Counted from the first letter of the stretch, positions 36,148 to 46,823 are shown. The stretch is 64,000 nucleotides of DNA from Bacteroidales bacterium (GCA_016938685.1 JAFGUD010000510.1:10568-74567); one strand, 5' to 3'. A program made the numbers and translations. Notes: generated by a model from the letters alone, not told the origin.

Positions 36148-36471
36148 TTAACTTGTAATTAAAAATTCTTCCTTAAAATAATCAACAAACCAAGAACTCT
36201 CTTTATGCTTTGCAATTATTGCTACTACTGCAATATGCTCATGGTGATTTTGATATATTTGCAAATCTTCAAAATTATCAAATTCTGAAATCAATAAAAA
36301 ATCCATAGCATTTGATTTTTCTGTTACATTTATAGAGACCTCATAAGATTTTATCTGTTCTATTTTTGAAGGAAGTTTTTCTAAAGCATCTACTATTTCT
36401 TTGATAGCGACTTCTTTCTCTTCTTTTTTATAATTTGAATTTACTTTGAAGGCGACAACATGTTTTATCAT
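36148..36471 (-). CDS. Dabb (stress-responsive alpha/beta barrel) family protein
   Basis: MIKHVVAFK...H..V pattern; 107 aa. Confidence 0.7.
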   Translation of the reverse strand: MIKHVVAFKVNSNYKKEEKEVAIKEIVDALEKLPSKIEQIKSYEVSINVTEKSNAMDFLLISEFDNFEDLQIYQNHHEHIAVVAIIAKHKESSWFVDYFKEEFLITS

Positions 36472-36509
36472 TTTTACACGTTTTAAAATTGTATTACAAA
36501 TGTGTTTAT

Positions 36510-37487
36510 TTATTTGAATCGTATTCTAATTTCTTCCAGAGTTCTAATTATTTCGTTGATATCTGTTGAGGTAACTAAAAGTAATTTATAATCTTTAAAA
36601 TTAGGCAATGCTTTAAAATAGTGAATCAAATGGCGCCTCATTTCAAAAACTCCTCTTGGAAAACCTTTCCATTCAACTGATTTTAATAAATGTTCTTTTG
36701 CTAAATCAACTTTTTCTGAAACACTCAATTCAGGCAATATTTCACCTGTTTTCAAATAATGTTTGATATCTCTAAAAACCTGAGGCTTGCCAATAGAAGC
36801 TCTTCCAATCATAATAGCATCTACACCATATTTATCAAACATTTCTTCTGCTTTTTGGGGCGAATCTACGTCTCCATTACCAATTATTGGAATTTTTATT
36901 TTTTGATTATTTTTAATTTTCCCAATCAAAGTCCAATCGGAAACACCTTTATAGAACTGCGAACGTGTCCGTCCGTGTATTGTCAAAGCTTGGATTCCAA
37001 CATCTTGTAGCCTTTCTGCTACTTCTTCTATTACAATTGTATCAGTATCCCAACCAAGACGGGTTTTTACGGTAACAGGTAATTTTACAGCATTAACAAC
37101 TTGTCGGGTCATTTCAACCATTTTAGGAATATCTTTCAGCATTCCCGCCCCAGCTCCACGACCTGCAATTTTTTTTACGGGGCAACCAAAATTTATATCA
37201 ATAAGTTCAGGTTTTGCTGCTTCTGCTATTTTTGCTGCTTCAACCATTGAATCAATCTGATGCCCGTATATTTGTATGCCAACCGGGCGTTCATAGTCAA
37301 GAACAGTTAGTTTTTTAAACGTTTTTTCTATATTTCTAATCAATGCTTCCGAGGCAACAAATTCAGTGTACATTAAATCTGCTCCAAATTTTTTGCACAA
37401 ATATCTAAACGAAGGCTCTGTAACATCTTCCATTGGTGCTAATAATAGCGGATTTTCTTTTATTTCAAAATTTCCTATTTTCAACAT
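36510..37487 (-). CDS. dusB: tRNA-dihydrouridine synthase B
   Basis: LAPMEDVTEPSFR, INFGCP, HGRTR and GNGD motifs; 325 aa. Confidence 0.9.
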   Translation of the reverse strand: MLKIGNFEIKENPLLLAPMEDVTEPSFRYLCKKFGADLMYTEFVASEALIRNIEKTFKKLTVLDYERPVGIQIYGHQIDSMVEAAKIAEAAKPELIDINFGCPVKKIAGRGAGAGMLKDIPKMVEMTRQVVNAVKLPVTVKTRLGWDTDTIVIEEVAERLQDVGIQALTIHGRTRSQFYKGVSDWTLIGKIKNNQKIKIPIIGNGDVDSPQKAEEMFDKYGVDAIMIGRASIGKPQVFRDIKHYLKTGEILPELSVSEKVDLAKEHLLKSVEWKGFPRGVFEMRRHLIHYFKALPNFKDYKLLLVTSTDINEIIRTLEEIRIRFK

Positions 37488-37488
37488 T

Positions 37489-38223
37489 TTATCTAATTAT
37501 TTGTCCAAATTCTTTTATTAAATCAGGATTTTCTTCAATTGCATTTCCTACAACTATCAAATCTGCACCTGCCTTTAAAACAGTTTCAAAATCGTATTTA
37601 GTTTTTATTCCACCGCCAACAATCAAAGGAATTGATATATTGTTTTTCACCTCAGAAATCATTTTTTCATTTATTGAAATTTCAGCTCCACTACCACCTT
37701 CTAAATAAATAATTTTCATGCCTAATAATTCTCCCGCAATAGCAGTAGAAACTGCAATTTCATAATTTTCTCCCGGAATTGGCTTTGTGTTTGTAATATA
37801 TTCGGTAGAACTAACTTTTGAGCCTTGAATAAGAATATATCCGGTAGAAATAACTTCTAAATTACTATTTTTTAATGCTTTAGCAGAAGAGACATGATGT
37901 CCTATCAAATATTCGGGATTTCTTCCGGAAAGTAAAGACAAAAACAAAATAGCATCAGCACTGTTTGATATTTGAGACGGATTTCCCGGGAAAAGCACAA
38001 CTTCAACATCAAGTAACGATTTTATACGTTTGACTAATTTATCAGTAGAATTATTTACAATGCTACCTCCAACAAAAATAAAGTCGAACATTTTTTGGTT
38101 CCCATATTCTATAATTTTTGCAAAATTTTGTTCTTCAACCTTGTCGGGGTCTATTAAAACTGCAAATAATTTACGTTTAGAATTTTGTATTTTTTTGTAT
38201 AATGTCATTAAAATTCCTATCAA
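37489..38223 (-). CDS. Geranylgeranylglyceryl/heptaprenylglyceryl phosphate synthase family protein (PcrB/GGGPS)
   Basis: TIM-barrel family motifs (LIDPDK, FVGGS, YLEGGSGA, IVGGGI); 244 aa. Its stop abuts the dusB start. Confidence 0.8.
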   Translation of the reverse strand: MIGILMTLYKKIQNSKRKLFAVLIDPDKVEEQNFAKIIEYGNQKMFDFIFVGGSIVNNSTDKLVKRIKSLLDVEVVLFPGNPSQISNSADAILFLSLLSGRNPEYLIGHHVSSAKALKNSNLEVISTGYILIQGSKVSSTEYITNTKPIPGENYEIAVSTAIAGELLGMKIIYLEGGSGAEISINEKMISEVKNNISIPLIVGGGIKTKYDFETVLKAGADLIVVGNAIEENPDLIKEFGQIIR

Positions 38224-38291
38224 CTATATCTAATAATACCACTTTATACTCATTAACGAGCTAATTGTTCACTTATCTCCTAAACAACTGG

Positions 38292-39539
38292 CTAACTTTT
38301 TTCTTTTCTAATTATATTAATCAAAAGATGCATTGCCGTGGCAGCTGCTCTTCTAATATTAATATCTCTTCTTGTTCCAAACCTGAAAACAAAAGCATTA
38401 ATTTCATCTTTTGAACCTATTGCTATCCAAGTTGTTCCAACTGTTTTGTCAACAGAACCACCTTCTGGTCCGGCAACACCAGAAACGGCAATAGAATAAT
38501 CAGTATTAAACAAATTTAAAGCACCTTGAGCCATTTCAATAACGGTTTCTTTACTTACAGCTCCAAAGTTTTCAATTGTCGATTCTTTTACACCAAGAGT
38601 TTGAATTTTAACTTGATTGCTATACGAAACAACACCTCCGCAAAAATAAGCAGAACTACCGGGAACCGAAGTAAGTTTATGTCCAACAAGACCTCCGGTA
38701 CAACTTTCGGCAGTGGATACTTTTTTATTTCCGGCAATTAATTCTTTCGCCAATACTTTTTCTAATGTGTCGTCACCAAAACCAAAAATATTGTTGCCAA
38801 GTATATTTTGCAATTTTTTTACTTGTTCCTCTATTAAATCACACAATCTTTTTTGATGTCCGCCAAACGAGAACAATTTTATTTTAATTCCTTCGGGCGA
38901 AGGCAAATAAGCTAGTTTCAAATTATCCGGTAATTCTTTTTCAAAATCCTCTAATCTTTCTGCCAGCATTGATTCAGGAATACCATATGTATGAACAATT
39001 TTAATACAAGAAGTTGGAAAATCCATGATTTTTTTCAACTCAGGAATAACTTTTTCTTCAAAAATTTGTTTCATTTCAAAAGGCACACCCGGCATTGACA
39101 CTAAAAAAGAATTATTTTTCTCAAACAACATAGCAGGAGCAGTTCCTAACGGATTTCTGATTACTTTACAGGAAGTAGGAACAAGCGCTTGTTTTCGATT
39201 CAAATCATTTAATTTAAAACCACGAGCTTCAACAAATTTTTTCACATCTGCCAACACCTCTTCATTTTCAACTAATTCTCCATCAAAATAATCAGCCAAA
39301 ACTTTTTTTGTAATATCATCAGAAGTAGGACCTAAACCACCGGTAATTAAAATCAAATTATATTTACCAACTGATAAGTCCAAAGTATTAACAATTGAAT
39401 GTTTTGTGTCGCCAATAGAGCATACTCTTTCGACTGTAAAAGACAAATCTGTCAACATTTTTGCAAGATAATTTGCATTTGTATCCAAGGTTTGACCCTG
39501 AAGTATCTCATCTCCAATAGTAATTATTTGGGCATTCAT
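38292..39539 (-). CDS. cinA: CinA-family protein (MoCF-binding domain + NMN deamidase PncC domain)
   Basis: MNAQIITIGDEILQGQTLDTNANYLA...TGGLGPTSDDIT, and a C-terminal ESCTGG motif. Start placed at ATG 39539. Confidence 0.88.
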   Translation of the reverse strand: MNAQIITIGDEILQGQTLDTNANYLAKMLTDLSFTVERVCSIGDTKHSIVNTLDLSVGKYNLILITGGLGPTSDDITKKVLADYFDGELVENEEVLADVKKFVEARGFKLNDLNRKQALVPTSCKVIRNPLGTAPAMLFEKNNSFLVSMPGVPFEMKQIFEEKVIPELKKIMDFPTSCIKIVHTYGIPESMLAERLEDFEKELPDNLKLAYLPSPEGIKIKLFSFGGHQKRLCDLIEEQVKKLQNILGNNIFGFGDDTLEKVLAKELIAGNKKVSTAESCTGGLVGHKLTSVPGSSAYFCGGVVSYSNQVKIQTLGVKESTIENFGAVSKETVIEMAQGALNLFNTDYSIAVSGVAGPEGGSVDKTVGTTWIAIGSKDEINAFVFRFGTRRDINIRRAAATAMHLLINIIRKEKS

Positions 39540-39704
39540 AAGTAAATATTTTAAGGTGCAATTATATAAATTTTTCTGCATTTTTTACAGATGAAAAAAA
39601 AATTGAAATAAAAACGCAAGTTTTTAAAATTTGATTTGTTTAAATAATAAATGAACAAAAACTCTCGCGAGAAAAAAATTTAGAAACCAAAAAAATCAAT
39701 AAAA

Positions 39705-40247
39705 ATGAAAACAAAAAAATTAAAACATTTAGGTTTTTTACTCATAATCATGTTACTATCAGTTAATTTTAGTTTTGCCCAAGAAAATACGCCACCTCCT
39801 CCTCCAAATGGACCAATGTGTATGAATTTCATACCAAATTTAACCGATGACCAAAACAATAAAATTGACGCATTACAATTAGATCTTCAAAAAACAACAA
39901 ATCCTCTAAAAGCAGAATTGGAAATTAAACATGCTGAGATGAAAGTTCTAAATGCTAGTGACGCTTCAATGGATAAAAAAGAAGCTAAATTGAAAGAAAT
40001 TAATGAATTACATTTTAAATTAGATTTAGCAAAAACAGAATATCATCATAATGTAAGGAATTTGCTTAGCGAAGAACAAAAAGTTGCATTCGACAATTGG
40101 ACTATAAATCATGATAACCACAGAGGCAATAAACATAACAAAGGAAATAAAAACATGAATGGCAAAGGTCAAAGAAACGGACCTGTTAATGGTCAATATC
40201 AAGGACAAGGTTATGGCAGAGGAAATAGACAATGTCCAAATAAATAA
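39705..40247 (+). CDS. Periplasmic Spy/CpxP-family (LTxxQ) protein with Gly/Asn/Gln-rich tail
   Basis: Signal peptide; LTDDQ and LSEEQ motifs; 180 aa. Confidence 0.65.
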   Translation: MKTKKLKHLGFLLIIMLLSVNFSFAQENTPPPPPNGPMCMNFIPNLTDDQNNKIDALQLDLQKTTNPLKAELEIKHAEMKVLNASDASMDKKEAKLKEINELHFKLDLAKTEYHHNVRNLLSEEQKVAFDNWTINHDNHRGNKHNKGNKNMNGKGQRNGPVNGQYQGQGYGRGNRQCPNK

Positions 40248-40274
40248 TTTTTTTAATAGTTAGTTTTGATTGAG

Positions 40275-40301
40275 AGACCGCTTTTGCGGTCTTTTTTTTT
40301 C
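40275..40301 (+). terminator. Rho-independent terminator
   Basis: agaccgc (40275-40281) / gcggtct (40286-40292) with a tttt loop, followed by T9. Confidence 0.9.
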
Positions 40302-40330
40302 TTCAGCTTTATTATTGTAAGCTTTATTTT

Positions 40331-40338
40331 TACCTTTG
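40331..40338 (+). promoter_or_regulatory. -7 box TACCTTTG upstream of mgtE
   Basis: 20 nt upstream of ATG 40358. Confidence 0.5.
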
Positions 40339-40357
40339 TACTGTTAAAACAATTCGC

Positions 40358-41719
40358 ATGCATTTTGAAATTACAAAACAATTTATCGACAACATTAAAG
40401 AGTCTATTGAGAAACAAGACGAATCTTTAGCTGTTGATCTTTTGGACGATTTACACCCTGCCGACATAGCTGAATTATACGATAACATAAGCATTGAAGA
40501 AGCAAAATTTCTTTTTCTATTACTGGATGGAGAACGAGCAGCTGATGTTTTAAGCGAGTTAGATGATGATGACAGAGAGCGTTTTTTGAAAGAACTACCT
40601 TCTGATGTTATTGCAAAAGTTTTCATAGAACACATGAATTCTGATGACGCGGCTGATGTTATTGCCGATTTACCGGAAGACAGGCAAGATGAAGTATTGT
40701 CACATGTAGAAGATATTGAACACGCCGGTGATATTGTTGATCTGCTGGATTATGAAGAGAACACAGCAGGAGGGCTAATGCAGAAAGAATACGTTTCTGT
40801 TAACATTACATGGGATGTTCAAAAATGTATCGAAGAAATTAGAAATCAATACGAAGAAGTTGATGAAATATTTTATATTTATGTAACAGATGAAGAAAAT
40901 ATTTTTAAAGGCGTACTTTCTTTAAAAAGATTAATTATAGCAAAACCTGAGAGAAAAATAAACTCTATTTATGACCCGGAAGCAATATACGTAAAAACAG
41001 GAACTGATTCGGAAGAGGTTGCAAACCTAATGGATAAATACGATATTGTTAGTTTGCCCGTTGTTGACACAATAGGACGTCTTGTTGGACAAATAACAAT
41101 TGACGATATTGTTGATGTATTACGTGAAGAAGCAGAAAGAGACTATCAAATGGCAACCGGACTTTCCGAAGACGTTGAAATCACCGACAGTGTATGGCGT
41201 TTGACAAGAGCAAGAATACCTTGGCTTATGTTTGGACTTTTTGGAGGAGTTTTGGCATCAAAAGTAATTGGATTATTTGAAGAAGACCTAACAAGATTAG
41301 CAGCAACAGCTTTTTTCTTGCCATTAATAGCTTCAACAGCAGGGAACGTTGGAATACAATCCTCTTCAATTGTGGTTCAATCCCTCGCCACTAATTCGAT
41401 GGGGTTTCATGGTTTTTGGAAAAAATTACTCAAAGAATTAAGCGTAGCTTTTATCAATGCAATCTCAATTTCTGCCATAATATTTTTATATAATACAATA
41501 TTTTCAGACTCATATGTAATAACATTTTCTGTGTCTGTTTCATTATTTATTGTAATTATTTTTGCATCTGTTTTCGGTTCTATTATCCCATTAGGGCTAG
41601 ATAAACTAAAAATAGACCCTGCAATTGCAACAGGACCTTTTATTACAATTACAAATGATTTAGCAGGAATGAGTATTTACTTGATAATATCCAGAATTTT
41701 CTACAATCTACTAGCATAA
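40358..41719 (+). CDS. mgtE: Magnesium transporter MgtE
   Basis: MgtE N-domain (acidic, LHPADIAEL), a CBS pair and a 5-TM C-terminal domain; 453 aa. Confidence 0.9.
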   Translation: MHFEITKQFIDNIKESIEKQDESLAVDLLDDLHPADIAELYDNISIEEAKFLFLLLDGERAADVLSELDDDDRERFLKELPSDVIAKVFIEHMNSDDAADVIADLPEDRQDEVLSHVEDIEHAGDIVDLLDYEENTAGGLMQKEYVSVNITWDVQKCIEEIRNQYEEVDEIFYIYVTDEENIFKGVLSLKRLIIAKPERKINSIYDPEAIYVKTGTDSEEVANLMDKYDIVSLPVVDTIGRLVGQITIDDIVDVLREEAERDYQMATGLSEDVEITDSVWRLTRARIPWLMFGLFGGVLASKVIGLFEEDLTRLAATAFFLPLIASTAGNVGIQSSSIVVQSLATNSMGFHGFWKKLLKELSVAFINAISISAIIFLYNTIFSDSYVITFSVSVSLFIVIIFASVFGSIIPLGLDKLKIDPAIATGPFITITNDLAGMSIYLIISRIFYNLLA

Positions 41720-41922
41720 TTTTCGTGCTCAATACTAATATAATCAAAACTCTTTTAAAAATACTTAAATCACAAAAACCTAATAATCAAGACATTACTA
41801 CAACAATAAAAACATAAAACAGGATTAATTATAAAATTCGTCAAAAAACATTCAATTTTAGTCCAAAAATAACGTCTTTTACATAATGAATTCACTAACT
41901 GAAACTAAAAAAATATAAACAG

Positions 41923-44025
41923 ATGAGAAAGTTAAGTTCTTTATTGCTAATTTTATTTTTCACATTGAACATTTTTGCTCAATCTAATATTCCAATTTTT
42001 ATTGAAGAAAATTTTGATAATAACGAGAATGATTGGGTTGTTGAAGATGACAGTGAAGCAGATTCCGAAATAATAAACGGTTATTATTTTATCTACAACA
42101 AAAGCACCGACTATGCGTACAGATTTTGGAATTCCTTTGATGTAGATGACACCAAAGATTTTATTATTGAAGTAAAAATCAGACAAGTATATGGAGATGA
42201 TAATCAAGGATATGGAATAATGTTTGCTTCAACCGGCGTTGAAAACAATTATAATTTTGAAATTACTTCAACGGGATATTATAGAAATTCTAATCAATTT
42301 GACGGAGAATATGACGACAACGATTGGGTAAAAACACCACATATTAAACCAATGAATGAATATAATATTCTTAAAGTCAAAAAAAACAACGGATATCTTT
42401 ATTATTATATCAACGGAAAAATGGTTGATGCCGTAAAATACGAAGGAGCGCTTGGAGATGACATAGGATTTATTTTGAGAACAAAAATGAAAGCTCAGGT
42501 TGATTACCTAAAAATTTATGCCGAAAAACCTGTGATAAACATAGTTGAAAATCCTATATCTAATCCTAAAGAAAACCTTGGCTCAAATGTAAATACTTCT
42601 TACTCAGAATTAATTCCTGTTATTGCACCTGACGGAAAAACAATATATTTTGTTAGAGATGATTACCCCGGCAATGTTGGTGACGACAAAGATCACAACG
42701 ATATTTGGTACACAAAAGTATCTGGCGATAATTGGTCAAAAGCCAAAAACATGGGCAGACCATTAAATAATGAAGGCCATAATTTTGTGATTTGTGTCAC
42801 TCCTGATAATAATTCTCTTATTCTTAACGGAACATATACAGCTTTTGGAGAAGACGGCGGAAACGGAATTTCTATTAGCAATCAACTTAAAGATGGTTCG
42901 TGGTCGATACCCAAAGAAATAGAAATTGATAATTTTTACAACGATGACGATTATCAAAACTTCACCTTTTCGTCTGATTTGCAAGTAATTATAATGTCTC
43001 TTGAACGGTCAGATGACACCAAAGGAGAAAGCGATTTATACGTTAGTTTTAGAAAATCAGACGGAACTTATACCGAACCTAAAAATTTGGGTGATGATGT
43101 AAATACTTTTACAGAAGAAGGAACTCCTTTTCTTGCAGCTGATGGAAAAACTTTGTATTTTTACTCAGAAGGACATAGAGGATACGGAAGTGCTGACGTT
43201 TTTGTATCAAAAAGACTAGATAATTCCTGGACAAAATGGAGTACTCCTCTTAATCTTGGTCCAAACATCAATACTGAAAGATGGGATGCTTATTTTACAC
43301 TTGATGCCAAAGGAGAATACGCATATTTTGTGTCTTCTTACAACTCAATTGGCGAAGAAGATATTTTCAGAGTAAAATTGCAAGAAGAATTACAGCCCGA
43401 CCCTGTTGTTCTAATTTATGGAAAAGTTTATGATAACAAAACTAAAAAACCTCTTAGTTCTCAAATTTTATACGATGATTTACAAACGAACAAAGAAGTT
43501 GGAATTGCGACATCAAATGCCGGAACCGGAGAGTACAAAATAATTCTTCCTTACGGTAAAAATTACGGTTTTTTCGCAAAAAAATCAGGCTATATGGCAC
43601 TTAGTGACAATATTGATTTAACCGATATTCAAGAATATACTGAAATTGAAAGAGATTTGTACCTTGTTCCAATTGAAGTAAATCAACAAATTGTTTTAAA
43701 TAATGTGTTTTTTCAAAAAGGAAAAGCAGATTTGTATTCATCATCATATCCTGAATTAGACAGATTAGTTGATATTATGAACGAAAACCCTGAGATTAAA
43801 ATTGAGGTTCAAGGTCATTCTAATAATTTAGGAGATAGGGATAAACTAATGGAATTATCTGAGCAAAGAGCTGAATCTGTGAAAAAATACATTGTTGAAA
43901 AAGGTGTTTCTCCTGACAGAATTACAACTGTTGGTTTTGGACCAGACAAACCAATTGCAACAAATGATACCGAAGCAGGGAGGAAGAAAAATCAACGGGT
44001 AGAGTTTAAAATTACTGACAAATAA
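41923..44025 (+). CDS. Secreted jelly-roll + TolB-like (PD40) beta-propeller + CarboxypepD_reg-like + OmpA-C-terminal domain protein
   Basis: Signal peptide; repeated P..DGKT.YF motifs; C-terminal IEVQGHSNNLG...LSEQRA...NQRVEF. Confidence 0.75.
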   Translation: MRKLSSLLLILFFTLNIFAQSNIPIFIEENFDNNENDWVVEDDSEADSEIINGYYFIYNKSTDYAYRFWNSFDVDDTKDFIIEVKIRQVYGDDNQGYGIMFASTGVENNYNFEITSTGYYRNSNQFDGEYDDNDWVKTPHIKPMNEYNILKVKKNNGYLYYYINGKMVDAVKYEGALGDDIGFILRTKMKAQVDYLKIYAEKPVINIVENPISNPKENLGSNVNTSYSELIPVIAPDGKTIYFVRDDYPGNVGDDKDHNDIWYTKVSGDNWSKAKNMGRPLNNEGHNFVICVTPDNNSLILNGTYTAFGEDGGNGISISNQLKDGSWSIPKEIEIDNFYNDDDYQNFTFSSDLQVIIMSLERSDDTKGESDLYVSFRKSDGTYTEPKNLGDDVNTFTEEGTPFLAADGKTLYFYSEGHRGYGSADVFVSKRLDNSWTKWSTPLNLGPNINTERWDAYFTLDAKGEYAYFVSSYNSIGEEDIFRVKLQEELQPDPVVLIYGKVYDNKTKKPLSSQILYDDLQTNKEVGIATSNAGTGEYKIILPYGKNYGFFAKKSGYMALSDNIDLTDIQEYTEIERDLYLVPIEVNQQIVLNNVFFQKGKADLYSSSYPELDRLVDIMNENPEIKIEVQGHSNNLGDRDKLMELSEQRAESVKKYIVEKGVSPDRITTVGFGPDKPIATNDTEAGRKKNQRVEFKITDK

Positions 44026-44031
44026 TAAGAA

Positions 44032-44055
44032 AGAGGCTTTATGCCTCTTTTTTTA
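44032..44055 (+). terminator. Rho-independent terminator
   Basis: agaggc (44032-44037) / gcctct (44043-44048) followed by T7. Confidence 0.9.
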
Positions 44056-44093
44056 TCAAATTTTTCGTTCCAATTCTGAAAAACTGTTGAACC

Positions 44094-44870
44094 ATGAAAA
44101 AACTAATAATAACAACTACAATTCTTATTTTAGGAGGAACAATTTTGGCTCAAAAAATGCGTGATTTTGGCTCATGTCCTTATGAAATCGAAATAAGAAC
44201 ACTAAATTTCATTGTTTTAGATATAAATTACGAAAAAAATGTTGTTGCATTTAAACACGTTTTTGAAATGCAAACTCAATATATTTACACTTCTGACGAA
44301 GATGAAGCTGAAAGGCATCCTGTAAATTGCAATTACGCAGGAATGGAAGAATATCCTTACGCAGGCGTTGTTCTTGGCATATATGACTTATCATCAGGCG
44401 AATACTTGAAGACATTTACTACTTATAAATCATGTTATTCTACTGAACAATGTTTTGATTACGAGACATCTGCTAAGAACCTTGATTCTGCAAAACAACT
44501 ATTTGCAAAATACAACTTGAACATCGAAAATAAACCAAAGCCGATTGATTTTACGCATACTTCTGATGATGAATTTAAAGTTTCAATATCAGGAATAGAT
44601 TTCTTTTCAAAATATGAGAATAATTATAACGAAGGGCATACAAAATCATATTTATACGCAAACGATAAATTATTGTATTGGATTGAACAGCAAGATTTTT
44701 TTATAATGGCAAGTAGAGGAGAGATTCGTTACATTTCTGCTTATTCTAATGGAAAAAAAATCGTTTTTTTAAATAAATTATTCCATGAAAATCACTTAGA
44801 AGGACCACCAAGCTATGAATTTTACCATTTTACACCAGTTTTTGATATTGAAACTTTGAAAAAGCCATAA
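44094..44870 (+). CDS. Hypothetical secreted protein
   Basis: Signal peptide; 258 aa; no recognised family. Confidence 0.55.
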   Translation: MKKLIITTTILILGGTILAQKMRDFGSCPYEIEIRTLNFIVLDINYEKNVVAFKHVFEMQTQYIYTSDEDEAERHPVNCNYAGMEEYPYAGVVLGIYDLSSGEYLKTFTTYKSCYSTEQCFDYETSAKNLDSAKQLFAKYNLNIENKPKPIDFTHTSDDEFKVSISGIDFFSKYENNYNEGHTKSYLYANDKLLYWIEQQDFFIMASRGEIRYISAYSNGKKIVFLNKLFHENHLEGPPSYEFYHFTPVFDIETLKKP

Positions 44871-44878
44871 ATTTTTTA

Positions 44879-44916
44879 CAAAAAAAGACTCTAATCCTCA
44901 AAAGAAAATTAGAGTC
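44879..44916 (-). terminator. Rho-independent terminator ending the T9SS cargo cluster
   Basis: 9-bp stem gactctaat (44887-44895) / attagagtc (44908-44916), followed on the minus strand by T7. Confidence 0.8.
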
Positions 44917-44936
44917 AAACCTAACCTAAACCATCT

Positions 44937-46802
44937 TTATTTAATTATAAAATTTTTATAAAAAATCCCTTTATGGGTTTTTGATAGCAGAATATAACTA
45001 TTTGAAGACAAATAAGAAACATCTATTTCAAAATAATTTTCGCCTATAAAATATTTGTTTTCTTCCGAAAACAACAATTTTCCATCAATTGAATATATCT
45101 CAAAACCAACTTTCCCTGTCTCTTTTGAATTAATTTCAATATTTAATTTATCAGTAGTAGGATTAGGAAACAAATTAACTCTTAAAACATCTGTTATAGG
45201 TTGATATTGAATCAAATTAGTTACAGCAGTAGTATCAATAGTTAATAACGAATCGGTAAAAACTTTTGCATAATATATTTCTAAATCAGTTCCATCTTCA
45301 ACATGTTGAGCCCAAAAAACATATACATTAGAATTTGTTACAGCAGGTCGGTAATACTCTCCAACACCCATTGAATTAACAATTTCGTTATAATTAAAAA
45401 AATTATCAGAAATATTTCTTTGCAAAAAAGTTTCACCTCCATCATAAGACACACCAACAAAAAAATCCGTATTATACACATCAGGAATTTGACCATATCT
45501 AGTATCGTACCAGCCAATTACAACTTTACCATCAGGAGAAACATTAATACTTGGTCTGTGATGAAATTTATAACTAGCAGGTGCGTCTGAATTTGCCATT
45601 ATCGGTTCCGACCAGTCTGCTCCATTATTATCTGAATAACTCAAATACACATTTACATTACTGAAAAAATTTGTGTCATTAGAATTCCAGACAACATAAA
45701 TTCTGCCATCATACATTCCTCCGCTAGTATCGGTAGCAATGTATGCACTTGAGTACAATCTTTCGTAAGCGTGAGTATTTGTATTATTATATTGTAATGC
45801 AGCCCCCATATTATTTACAAAAACTTTTGAAACGACAACTGTATCAGACCATGTAAGTCCATCATCAATAGAATTTTGATAGTATAATTTTTCATAAGCT
45901 ATTTCATCTTCTGGAGCAATTATTAGGGTTGTGTCATCATAAGCAGGATAAATAGCATGAAGCACACCTTTATTGTCATAAACAATTGCCCCCTGAGTAG
46001 AGGCAAACTGACTGGAATAAGGCACCAAAACATGACTTGTAACTACCTCTAAATTATCAGCCGGTTTTCTTCTAACACCCCAAATATCAGTGATTGAATC
46101 AGCATGATAAAATTCAGTAGAAGAAAAGAAAATATCATCAGTTTGAGGATTTATTGTCATCCATTGTTTATCAGGAGGCATTCCACTGTCCACTGCTGTA
46201 ATTCCTTCTCCTAAAACATAATCAAACACACCCCATGCAATAGTGTCGTTATCTGGTCTTATCCATGTTTCTCCTTTATCATCTGAATATGCATAATATA
46301 GTACCAAATCCATGTAAATTTCATTTAACGAAACAACATTTGCTACCAGATATAACCAAGAAAAATGAGCTCTTCCGTTTTTGTCAAAAACAATCACTGG
46401 ATCACCACCTCCTCCAACAGCTCTCGTTTGAGAGAGATTGTGAGGCTTAAAATCACTAGAAGAACTATTCCAAGTATTTCCTCCATCTTTTGTGTACATC
46501 ATTTCAAATAACAAAGGATTTGTTGCTGTTTGAGAAAAATCCAGACTCATCCACGACACAATAATATTATTTGTATCAGTAGGATTTGCTGCCGCAAACA
46601 GCTCTAAATCTTCTCTGCCATTTTCAGTAAATTGTTGTTCAATATCAGATTTTAATTCTTGTTCTACTATTTTTTCAGTAGGCAAAATGACTTTCTTCTC
46701 TAAAAGTTGAGACAATAAATTCTGAGAGAAAGAAATTTGACCTAAAAAAATCATAAACAAAAACAGGAATAATACTTTTTGATTAATATTTATTCTATTC
46801 AT
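44937..46802 (-). CDS. BNR/Asp-box repeat (sialidase-like beta-propeller) protein with T9SS C-terminal sorting domain
   Basis: Five Asp-boxes (TKDGGNTW, SDDKGETW, SIDDGLTW, SDNNGADW, SYDGGETF) and a C-terminal LFPNPTTDKLNIE...FYKNFIIK. Confidence 0.8.
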   Translation of the reverse strand: MNRININQKVLFLFLFMIFLGQISFSQNLLSQLLEKKVILPTEKIVEQELKSDIEQQFTENGREDLELFAAANPTDTNNIIVSWMSLDFSQTATNPLLFEMMYTKDGGNTWNSSSSDFKPHNLSQTRAVGGGGDPVIVFDKNGRAHFSWLYLVANVVSLNEIYMDLVLYYAYSDDKGETWIRPDNDTIAWGVFDYVLGEGITAVDSGMPPDKQWMTINPQTDDIFFSSTEFYHADSITDIWGVRRKPADNLEVVTSHVLVPYSSQFASTQGAIVYDNKGVLHAIYPAYDDTTLIIAPEDEIAYEKLYYQNSIDDGLTWSDTVVVSKVFVNNMGAALQYNNTNTHAYERLYSSAYIATDTSGGMYDGRIYVVWNSNDTNFFSNVNVYLSYSDNNGADWSEPIMANSDAPASYKFHHRPSINVSPDGKVVIGWYDTRYGQIPDVYNTDFFVGVSYDGGETFLQRNISDNFFNYNEIVNSMGVGEYYRPAVTNSNVYVFWAQHVEDGTDLEIYYAKVFTDSLLTIDTTAVTNLIQYQPITDVLRVNLFPNPTTDKLNIEINSKETGKVGFEIYSIDGKLLFSEENKYFIGENYFEIDVSYLSSNSYILLSKTHKGIFYKNFIIK

Positions 46803-46823
46803 CTATTTATTTTGTTTTTTAAA

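Noticed and set aside
40330-40635. 101-aa Ser-rich minus-strand ORF overlapping the mgtE start
   Set aside because: It is antisense to the well-supported MgtE N-domain, has Ser/Lys-rich shadow-frame composition, and has no promoter box.
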